Assembly: GCA_017401985.1 (NCBI GenBank)
Contig: JAFPNK010000001.1
Coordinates: forward strand, 1,861 to 65,860
Length of the DNA stretch: 64,000 bases
Direction: 5' to 3'
Source of the DNA: Paludibacteraceae bacterium
GTDB taxonomy: Bacteria; Bacteroidota; Bacteroidia; Bacteroidales; Paludibacteraceae
In this document: one piece after another, positions 25,981 to 33,593 of the stretch
How positions within the stretch are numbered: the first letter of the stretch is position 1
Layout: each line of letters starts with the position of its first letter
The notes under the pieces: generated by a model
Databases searched by the model: none
What the model was told of the DNA's origin: nothing
Seen by the model: the letters and a program-made list of their open reading frames with translations, nothing else
Translations under genes and position numbers: made by a program

Positions 25981-27591
25981 ATGGATGTGGAGATTTTATT
26001 ACATGGTGTTCCTGATGGACAGGATTACTATGGCGTGAAAGAAGAGCAGACAAACATGGGGTTGTTCTATGACAACTCCATGGAGTCTGTCAAATTCGTA
26101 GTAGAAACCAAGAAACAGGGGAATGTAGCATACACGTACTATTCCTACTTGCGTTATCGCGGGATGATCGGTGCCGGTGGTCGCCCCGGTTCCTATTTCG
26201 GAATAACGCTGCGTATTGATAAGTACTATCAGGACGCGCTGCATATATACCAATTGCTGGATATTGTCTTCAAAAGACACATTGTGGGCACATTGCTAAC
26301 ACCATCTGGTGAAGCATACAAGTATATCACCCCTAGTTTTACAGCTAAATCGGCAGAGATTGAACAAGCACAGCAAGCGTTGATTCAACTGATTCAAACC
26401 ACCTGCGTTTCCTCCAAATTCATCAACATCGATGCCAGCATGATTCATCCGATCTCTGTCGTTCCGACTGGGAACTTTATGGATGTATCCGATGCTGCTA
26501 TCCTTTCTTCTATCAAAAAGTATTCAAAAGTTGTCATCTCTCCTGACTATGAGATGAATATTGAGAAAGAATACAAGAAAAAAATGACCGATGTAGAGGG
26601 GAAAGTAAGTGGTGTTGCTGCAGAAAAGGACAAACAGATTGCCGACCTCAAATCGTCTATTGCTGCGCTTCAAAACAGAATAACCACACTGGAGCAAGAA
26701 AAAAAAAGTAGAGAAACTGATCTGCAGCAATATAAAAAGAACGGTAGTCTAACACAAGCCGTTGGGCAGATTAAAGAACCCATCACGTCCCTGGCAAACT
26801 ATTTCCGCAGCAAAGAGGAACCTCAACCGGAAACGACCGGATATAATTTCAAAAGTGACTTATTTGGCATGGTCAATTGCGCACTGTTAGTAGTCCTATT
26901 GAGTCTTGGTATTTACGGGATTTTCTTCGCTCCGTCCGAAGGCAATTGGAAAGAGCGGGTAGCGGCGCTTGAGAAGGAAAATCAAGAGTTGGCGCAAGCT
27001 GTGCAACAGCGCGATTCGATTATCAAAGGGTTTAGGGAAGGTCGTATATCGGGAAGCGAAGCGACTGATGACAATACCCTTATTATTGATGTAGAAGGAT
27101 ACGTCTCCGGCCAGATGGCTACCGATAAACGATACACTGTTGTAATCAAAAACAAAGGTGCACAGTTTGCAGGACAAGGAGAGTGGAAACTGACCAATGC
27201 GAAACTCATAACCGGTAAGAAAACAGATGCCAAGATTGTAATTCAACCGGACGGAAAGGGAGATGTCGCCATCGCATACACCGCGAAAGATACGCAACTT
27301 AAGTGCAACCCGCGTACTTTTGAGATTAAAAAACCGGATGTTATTAACTTCACCATCGTGATGGACCCTGACGATAAGGAAGTGGAACCGGGAAAGGCAT
27401 ATACCTTCAAGATCAATGGTTACAACGGAAAGGGCACATGGGGGGTAGATGGATTCGAAGCACCAGCTGACAAGAGAGCTAAGACTATCACCGTTAAAGC
27501 ATTGAGCGGAAACAAAACAGCCGTCGTTTCTTTCACTCCGGATGGAGGCGCTAAACAGAGAAAAACAATTCAAGTAAAAGCCAATGAGTAA
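25981..27591 (+). CDS. Operon gene C: bitopic membrane protein (N-terminal globular domain, coiled coil, TM, coiled coil, repeated beta-sandwich-like C-terminus)
   Basis: 536 aa with no signal peptide. The TM spans aa 294-316. Heptad-like segments flank it. The C-terminal ~170 aa are beta-rich with two similar segments. It is a paralog of gene E. Confidence 0.75.
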   Translation: MDVEILLHGVPDGQDYYGVKEEQTNMGLFYDNSMESVKFVVETKKQGNVAYTYYSYLRYRGMIGAGGRPGSYFGITLRIDKYYQDALHIYQLLDIVFKRHIVGTLLTPSGEAYKYITPSFTAKSAEIEQAQQALIQLIQTTCVSSKFINIDASMIHPISVVPTGNFMDVSDAAILSSIKKYSKVVISPDYEMNIEKEYKKKMTDVEGKVSGVAAEKDKQIADLKSSIAALQNRITTLEQEKKSRETDLQQYKKNGSLTQAVGQIKEPITSLANYFRSKEEPQPETTGYNFKSDLFGMVNCALLVVLLSLGIYGIFFAPSEGNWKERVAALEKENQELAQAVQQRDSIIKGFREGRISGSEATDDNTLIIDVEGYVSGQMATDKRYTVVIKNKGAQFAGQGEWKLTNAKLITGKKTDAKIVIQPDGKGDVAIAYTAKDTQLKCNPRTFEIKKPDVINFTIVMDPDDKEVEPGKAYTFKINGYNGKGTWGVDGFEAPADKRAKTITVKALSGNKTAVVSFTPDGGAKQRKTIQVKANE

Positions 27592-28102
27592 ATTTAATTT
27601 TAGTTGCTTGCTTCTTACTGTCACCTTAGCGTTATCTGCATGCGGCGGCAAGATCAAACCGGAGCCTTTGAGTAGTACCGCATATTACTCAGATGACTAT
27701 ACCGGTGTGATTGAAGTTCCGTTTACAAACGAAGATGGTGTGCGCATCATTCATGTTAGAATCAATGGAAGCCCCGAGTATCCTATGATTTTCGATACCG
27801 GATGCTCCGGTGTTTCTATCTCTGTTCTTGAATTAGGCACTTTACTCAAATATGGTTACATTTCTGAGGAAGACGTGCTCGATGAAATGGTAGAGACACA
27901 GATAGCAGACGGCAGTACTACGACTGAACATGTTGTGAATATCCGAAAACTTCAGATTGGGGATTATGAGTGCCACAATGTGAAGGCTTACGTTTCTGAA
28001 AACATAGAAGCACCGCTTCTATTAGGAAATGAAGCGCTAAAGGAAGTGAAATCGTTCATTGTAGATGAAGAAGACAAAGTCATTCGATTTCAACTTCGAT
28101 AA
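27584..28102 (+). CDS. Operon gene D: retropepsin-like (clan AA) aspartic protease lipoprotein
   Basis: Lipobox LALSAC. The catalytic motif is MIFDTGCSGVSIS. The family pattern also includes INGSPEYPM and APLLLGNEAL. An 8-nt overlap links it to gene C. Confidence 0.8.
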   Translation: MSKFNFSCLLLTVTLALSACGGKIKPEPLSSTAYYSDDYTGVIEVPFTNEDGVRIIHVRINGSPEYPMIFDTGCSGVSISVLELGTLLKYGYISEEDVLDEMVETQIADGSTTTEHVVNIRKLQIGDYECHNVKAYVSENIEAPLLLGNEALKEVKSFIVDEEDKVIRFQLR

Positions 28103-28108
28103 CAGTAC

Positions 28109-28156
28109 GGTCAGGAGGGAACTTCAATGGCATCTCTCCTGACCATTTATTTTTTA
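28109..28156 (+). terminator. Intra-operon hairpin with a T-tract (possible attenuator or partial terminator)
   Basis: A 9-bp stem pairs GGTCAGGAG (28109-28117) with CTCCTGACC (28136-28144) around an 18-nt loop. It is followed by atttatttttt. Confidence 0.5.
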
Positions 28157-28161
28157 TGTAA

Positions 28162-29667
28162 ATGAAAGCAACAGTATACATCTTTGGAAAATTTGCGGAC
28201 GGATATTCGCAGTATCCGGATAACTACACCCGTGACTTATTCGAATCAGTCGCCAAATCGCGTAAGGGCGCTACTGAATTAGTGTATCACCGTGATGGAG
28301 CACTAACCTATTACATATACACACGTGAAGTGTCAAAATCCTCCAACACCTTTATCGGATTGTGCTATGTGTTTAACGGCATCCTGATCTCTGATTTTGG
28401 ATACCTATTCGACATTTTTGAAGATGCCATTACCAATATTGTTGTACAAGGGGAGATTCTCGAATTTACCAACGATGGTGCCCTCTCCACCAAAGTCAAT
28501 CAATTATACACGAATGCAGACGAATTGCAACGTGTTGCCGACTACCTTAACAGCAAACTATCCTCGTTAGGTAGATATGCAGAGAAACTACCTCCTGTAA
28601 ACTTCTCCGTGGCCAGCAACGAATGGAAAAACTTCTCGTTTGACGAAATAGAAACCGTACAAACGGCCATAAAAGACAATCCAAATATCCGTGTCATCAA
28701 AGGAAATAATTATGACACAGATACCCTAAAAGGGTATGCTCATAAACTCAAAACACAAAATGACACCATCCAAACATTAACCGCGGAGAAAGAAAAACTA
28801 AAAAATGAGATTTCCGCCCTCGAACGCAAGAAAAAACAATTCACTATCGTCATTATACTTACGATAATTATTGCTTTCGGAGCTATTATTTTTATAGCTG
28901 TGCTTAATAGTCACAATCAGACTATCAAAAGGAAGAACCGCCAGATTGAGCAACTGGAGAGCCACAGAGACCACCTGCGGCAAGATTCTATTTTCCTCAC
29001 TCGGAAAGTTGAATCTGTCAATGAATCTCTGAGAACCACCAGAACCAATTTGGAGGAACTGCGTGCCGAATATGCACTATTGGACTCCGCCAAGACGGAA
29101 CTGGATTCCATCTTCGCAGAACAAACAGAGAGATATCTTGCTCTCATTGACCGGAATAATGAATTAGAGAATATGATTGATAACATGGGGGCATATTCTT
29201 ACAATGGATATTCATCCGGTTATAGCAGTACCACATATACCGTGGGACCTTCCACCAGTTCTTCCATCGGAGGACATGACAAAGATTATGCCGAATGGTT
29301 ATATGCCTCTTCTTCGCTGAGAATCAACTCTTTCTATGTGCACGCCGATAAAAGCGGATACATCACCATTGGCTTGTATAATGCCTCCGGCGGATTGGTC
29401 GCTACACATAGAGCGTATGTCTCTTCCGGACAATGGACGCAAGTGTCTCCGTCTAATTTTGAACTCGAAAGCGGCAGAAAATACTACTTGGCGCTTTACG
29501 ATGCCAATGGCATTGCATTGAGTTACCACAGCTCGAATAGCAGCGAATATAGTAAGTACAAGAGGGGATCGTTGCAGATCATCGGATCGTGCTCCAAAAA
29601 CAGCTCCAACTACGGCTCCGGATATTATCAATATTTCTACAATATCAATTATTCGCTAAAAAATTGA
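28162..29667 (+). CDS. Operon gene E: bitopic membrane protein, paralog of gene C (N-domain, coiled coil, TM, ~100-aa coiled coil, S/Y/G linker, beta-sandwich)
   Basis: 501 aa. The TM spans aa 227-248. The N-terminal domain aligns with that of gene C (h.hhhG..dG..Y....F ... YY.Y.R ... F.G ... DIF). Confidence 0.75.
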   Translation: MKATVYIFGKFADGYSQYPDNYTRDLFESVAKSRKGATELVYHRDGALTYYIYTREVSKSSNTFIGLCYVFNGILISDFGYLFDIFEDAITNIVVQGEILEFTNDGALSTKVNQLYTNADELQRVADYLNSKLSSLGRYAEKLPPVNFSVASNEWKNFSFDEIETVQTAIKDNPNIRVIKGNNYDTDTLKGYAHKLKTQNDTIQTLTAEKEKLKNEISALERKKKQFTIVIILTIIIAFGAIIFIAVLNSHNQTIKRKNRQIEQLESHRDHLRQDSIFLTRKVESVNESLRTTRTNLEELRAEYALLDSAKTELDSIFAEQTERYLALIDRNNELENMIDNMGAYSYNGYSSGYSSTTYTVGPSTSSSIGGHDKDYAEWLYASSSLRINSFYVHADKSGYITIGLYNASGGLVATHRAYVSSGQWTQVSPSNFELESGRKYYLALYDANGIALSYHSSNSSEYSKYKRGSLQIIGSCSKNSSNYGSGYYQYFYNINYSLKN

Positions 29668-29671
29668 CACC

Positions 29672-30922
29672 ATGAATAAATACCTCAACTTCATTATAGG
29701 ACTCGCTATATTAAGCTTGGTCTCGTGCAGCAATAAGCAGACACCACCTGCTTTATTTTCAGGAAGCGAGGACGAAGATGAAACAGAGCAGACTGTCACA
29801 GCTCCCGTCTCTCCAACTGCACCAGGAGCGCCACAAACAAGCGTAGGACCACAGAATAGCAATATCCCGCAAATTATTTATGATATCTGGTCATACGCGC
29901 CACAAACCGTTAATATACCTGCAGAGACAACGATGGAACAGGCTATTTGTAGCACCTATCCCAATTTAAGAAGATGCTACGGATACACCAATGTCGGAGG
30001 TGCAAAACTGATTGGAGAGATGTCTGCGGATAAAGCAGGACATAATTATTCATTTTTTTCCTACCCCATTACACTACAGGTCATGTCACTACCCCAATTA
30101 CGTCTCGGATTCATCTCCAATCAAGATAATATCATGTGCCATGTTGTCAATCAAGAACTGGAGATTCAATCGGCAGATATCATCTATACCGGCAACGGGT
30201 TAGGCTTGGAGATGGATGTGCGCAATCGCACCGGCAGTGCGTATGCCGTCACGATAGAGCGAGGACAGATGGTAGAAGCGAAGGACAACCATGTGCAAAA
30301 TGTAGTGGTGAATGCTGATGTCGAGGGACAATTAACTCCTAATGGTTCACGACATTTCTCTATCCCTGTCTATTGCGCCTCCCATTACCGCAGTTCTCCT
30401 ACCGGAAGCAAGGCCAAAATGACACCATACGTAATGAATGCTTCTAGTACAACTTTCCAATCACAACAGCGCGTATGGGAGTTCATCGAATCAAATGACA
30501 ATCCAAACAGTTTTGTTACATTCTATGTTTGGGGTAAGGGAACTGTTACCGCGGCTGGAAGACGTAGCCCGCTTGGACACGCATTTATAAAAATACCACA
30601 AGTGGGAATACTCGGATTTGGATCAATGCATGGAGGTTTGTTAGATGACGATGGTATTATTTTTGACCACACTTCTAATCTCCAATACGCGACAGATAGT
30701 TGCCGTATCAAACTCTCCCGGGAAGCGCAACAAGCCATGGTAAGGAAACTTCGCCAACTGCAAGCGGATGTGCCCAACTATAGCGCAGGGCATTACGACT
30801 GTACCTCATTTGTTATGGATCTTGCAGATGCCGCAGGTATACGCTACGGTTCTCGAATCACCATTCAAACACCGGTGGGATTCATGCAAGAGCTTAAAGC
30901 ACATAACAATTACGCACAGTAA
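29672..30922 (+). CDS. Operon gene F: lipoprotein with an acidic, Pro-rich linker and a C-terminal domain carrying a DCTSF (NlpC/P60- or LRAT-like) Cys motif
   Basis: Lipobox LSLVSC. The linker reads SGSEDEDETEQTVTAPVSPTAPGAP. The C-terminal region contains SPLGHAFIKIP ... IIFDHTS ... GHYDCTSFVMDLADAAG. Confidence 0.7.
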   Translation: MNKYLNFIIGLAILSLVSCSNKQTPPALFSGSEDEDETEQTVTAPVSPTAPGAPQTSVGPQNSNIPQIIYDIWSYAPQTVNIPAETTMEQAICSTYPNLRRCYGYTNVGGAKLIGEMSADKAGHNYSFFSYPITLQVMSLPQLRLGFISNQDNIMCHVVNQELEIQSADIIYTGNGLGLEMDVRNRTGSAYAVTIERGQMVEAKDNHVQNVVVNADVEGQLTPNGSRHFSIPVYCASHYRSSPTGSKAKMTPYVMNASSTTFQSQQRVWEFIESNDNPNSFVTFYVWGKGTVTAAGRRSPLGHAFIKIPQVGILGFGSMHGGLLDDDGIIFDHTSNLQYATDSCRIKLSREAQQAMVRKLRQLQADVPNYSAGHYDCTSFVMDLADAAGIRYGSRITIQTPVGFMQELKAHNNYAQ

Positions 30923-31722
30923 TGAGAAAAAAGTTTCTTTTTGCCTTGACGGCGATGATGCTGATTGCTTGTGCCAACTCCACTCCGGCCAAGTCCAATC
31001 GGTTACAAAACTCTAATCTGACCGGTTGGAGCCAGTTGGAGATCCCCCGTCTTACCATTTCGCGCAGTCAGCAGATCATTGAGCACACCGGTTATACCGT
31101 CAGTTATAACCACGATTGGCGCATTCCCAATTGGGTAGCATACGAGTTGACGGATAGGGAAGTGGCAGGTGATCAACCGCGTGCGGATAAGTTCCTCCCT
31201 GACCCACTGGTATATGGCGACCCGGTAGTCACAAGCGACTACACTAAGTCTGGGTATGATCGTGGCCATATGGCACCGGCAGGGGATATGAAATGGTCCG
31301 AACAGGCAATGCGCGAATCGTTCTATATGACCAATATCTGCCCGCAGAACCGCAGCAATAATGCCGGTGACTGGAAAGATTTGGAAGAACTGGCGCGTGA
31401 CCTCGCACAGCGCTATAAGAGCATCTATATCTGCTGCGGACCAATCGTTACTGATTCATCTCAAACGATAGGAACCAAGCGCAAAATAGTGATACCGCAG
31501 TCGTTTTACAAAGTCTTCCTCCGTCAGAAGCACGATGGTTCGTGGACATCAATTGGCTTTGTTATGCCTAACGCGCCCGGCAATCGTCCCCTCATGACAT
31601 ATATGCTTTCTGTAGACGAAGTGGAACAACTCACCGGCATCGATTTCTTCTATAACCTCCCCGACTCCGTAGAAAACATCATCGAAGCAGACTACACTAT
31701 CTCCGACTGGATAGTGCGGTAA
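30922..31722 (+). CDS. Operon gene G: DNA/RNA non-specific endonuclease (NucA/EndoG family) lipoprotein
   Basis: Lipobox MMLIAC. The active site is YDRGHMAP, followed by NICPQNRSNNAGDWKDLEE. A 1-nt TAATG overlap links it to gene F. Confidence 0.88.
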   Translation: MRKKFLFALTAMMLIACANSTPAKSNRLQNSNLTGWSQLEIPRLTISRSQQIIEHTGYTVSYNHDWRIPNWVAYELTDREVAGDQPRADKFLPDPLVYGDPVVTSDYTKSGYDRGHMAPAGDMKWSEQAMRESFYMTNICPQNRSNNAGDWKDLEELARDLAQRYKSIYICCGPIVTDSSQTIGTKRKIVIPQSFYKVFLRQKHDGSWTSIGFVMPNAPGNRPLMTYMLSVDEVEQLTGIDFFYNLPDSVENIIEADYTISDWIVR

Positions 31723-31831
31723 AAGGCCTCTTCAACGTAATTTTGGCTCGCCTTTAGGGGGTTATGATATTATCTTTGCACCGGAATTTGAAGATTGCTA
31801 AGCGCTCAAACGATTATTTTCTCAGAAAAAT

Positions 31832-31863
31832 CTTGCGTATATCAAAAAAAAGCAGTACTTTTG
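31832..31863 (+). promoter_or_regulatory. Promoter: cTTG-N20-TActTTTG, upstream of nadB
   Basis: cTTG lies at 31832-31835 and TActTTTG at 31856-31863. The spacer is cgtatatcaaaaaaaagcag. Confidence 0.7.
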
Positions 31864-31991
31864 CAGTCGCAAAAGTTTTGGAGCGTATATGAAAAATGCA
31901 GCGGATAAGAAACTGCAGGATGTGACGATTAAGAAATTGACTTACGGCAATCCGACCATGCGTGCGAAGTTTGCCGAGAATATTGATAAAA

Positions 31992-33593
31992 ATGACTAAG
32001 AAGTACGATTTTTTGATTATCGGCGGAGGGGTAGCCGGTATGAGTTTTGCGCTGAAAGTGGCGCAAGCGGGTAAGTACAAGATTGCGTTGTGCTGCAAGA
32101 CGACGTTGGAGGAGGCCAATACGGCCAAGGCGCAGGGCGGCATAGCGTCCGTCACCAATCTGCTGGTGGACGATTTTGAGAAGCATATCCATGATACGAT
32201 GGTGGCGGGTGACTGGTTGAGTGATCCGGCAGCCGTAGAGCAAGTGGTTCGTAATGCGCCGAAAGGTATAGCGGACTTGGTTAAGTGGGGTGTTAACTTC
32301 GACAAGAAAGATGACGGTGCGTTCGATCTGCATCGCGAAGGCGGTCACTCGGAGTTCCGTATCTTGCACCATGCGGATGACACGGGCTTTGAGATTCAGC
32401 GCGGTCTGATGGCGGCTGTTCGGGCCAATCCGTCGATTGATGTGCTGGAGAACCATTTTGCGGTAGAGATCATCACGCAGCACCATCTGGGCGTTCGTGT
32501 GACGCGTCGTACGCCGGATATAGAGTGCTACGGCGCATATATACTGAACCCCAAGACGCAGAAGATTGACACTTATCTGAGTCGTATCACGCTGATGGCC
32601 ACGGGCGGCACGGGAGCTGTGTATGCGACCACGACCAATCCGGAGATTGCGACCGGCGACGGTATCGCTATGGTCTATCGTGCGAAAGGGCAGGTGCGCG
32701 ACATGGAGTTCGTTCAGTTCCACCCGACGAGCCTGTATAACCCGCAGGAGACGCATCCGGCTTATCTGATTACGGAAGCGATGCGCGGGTACGGTGGTAT
32801 CTTGCGTTTGCCGAATGGCGAGGAGTTCATGCAGAAATACGACCCGCGTCTGAGTTTGGCTCCGCGTGATATCGTGGCGCGCGCTATTGATAACGAGATG
32901 AAGATTCACGCGATTGATCATGTGTGCCTGGATGTGACGCATAAGGATCCGGAGGAGACCAAGCATCATTTCCCCAATATCTACGCCAAATGTCTGAGTA
33001 TAGGCATTGACATCACGAAAGAGTATATCCCCGTTGCGCCGTGTGCGCACTATATGTGCGGCGGTATCAAGGTGGACTTGGACGGACAGTCGTCGATACA
33101 CCGTTTGTACGCGGTAGGCGAGTGTTCGTGCACGGGTCTGCATGGCGGTAACCGCTTGGCATCGAACAGTCTGATTGAGGCAGTGGTCTATGCCGATGCG
33201 GCTGCCAAGCATAGCTTGAGTGTGATTGATCACTACGATTTTAACACGAAGATACCGGCCTGGAACGATGAGGGCACGCTGAGTAACGAAGAGCGCGTGC
33301 TGATTGCGCAAGACGTGAAAGAAGTGGGACAGATCATGTCCACGTACGTGGGCATCGTTCGTTCGGACCTGCGTCTGCGTCGTGCTTGGGAACGTCTGGA
33401 TCTGCTGTACGAAGAGACGGAAGACCTGTTCAAACGCGTGAAAGCGGATAAGGAGATTTGCGAGTTGCGCAATATGATCAATGTGGGTTATCTGATTACG
33501 CGCCAGGCGATGGAGCGTAAGGAGAGCCGTGGTCTGCATTACTCGATCGATTATCCGCGCACACAGAATGACCACCCGCAGGAGGTATGGTAG
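31992..33593 (+). CDS. nadB: L-aspartate oxidase
   Basis: It has the FAD-binding N-terminus YDFLIIGGGVAGMS and succinate dehydrogenase/fumarate reductase flavoprotein-like motifs (HYMCGGI, GECSCTGLHGGNRLASNSL). I trimmed the start to the ATG at 31992. Confidence 0.92.
   Translation: MTKKYDFLIIGGGVAGMSFALKVAQAGKYKIALCCKTTLEEANTAKAQGGIASVTNLLVDDFEKHIHDTMVAGDWLSDPAAVEQVVRNAPKGIADLVKWGVNFDKKDDGAFDLHREGGHSEFRILHHADDTGFEIQRGLMAAVRANPSIDVLENHFAVEIITQHHLGVRVTRRTPDIECYGAYILNPKTQKIDTYLSRITLMATGGTGAVYATTTNPEIATGDGIAMVYRAKGQVRDMEFVQFHPTSLYNPQETHPAYLITEAMRGYGGILRLPNGEEFMQKYDPRLSLAPRDIVARAIDNEMKIHAIDHVCLDVTHKDPEETKHHFPNIYAKCLSIGIDITKEYIPVAPCAHYMCGGIKVDLDGQSSIHRLYAVGECSCTGLHGGNRLASNSLIEAVVYADAAAKHSLSVIDHYDFNTKIPAWNDEGTLSNEERVLIAQDVKEVGQIMSTYVGIVRSDLRLRRAWERLDLLYEETEDLFKRVKADKEICELRNMINVGYLITRQAMERKESRGLHYSIDYPRTQNDHPQEVW

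Noticed and set aside
23805-31863. The shared string TCAAAAAAAAGCAGTA-TTTTG at both ends of the AT-rich operon, considered as possible att-like direct repeats of an island
   Set aside because: The same spacer-plus--7 sequence also occurs at the tRNA-Glu promoter (52031-52062) and nearly identically at the tRNA-Leu promoter. It is therefore better explained as a recurrent strong-promoter design than as an integration footprint. No integrase gene is present.
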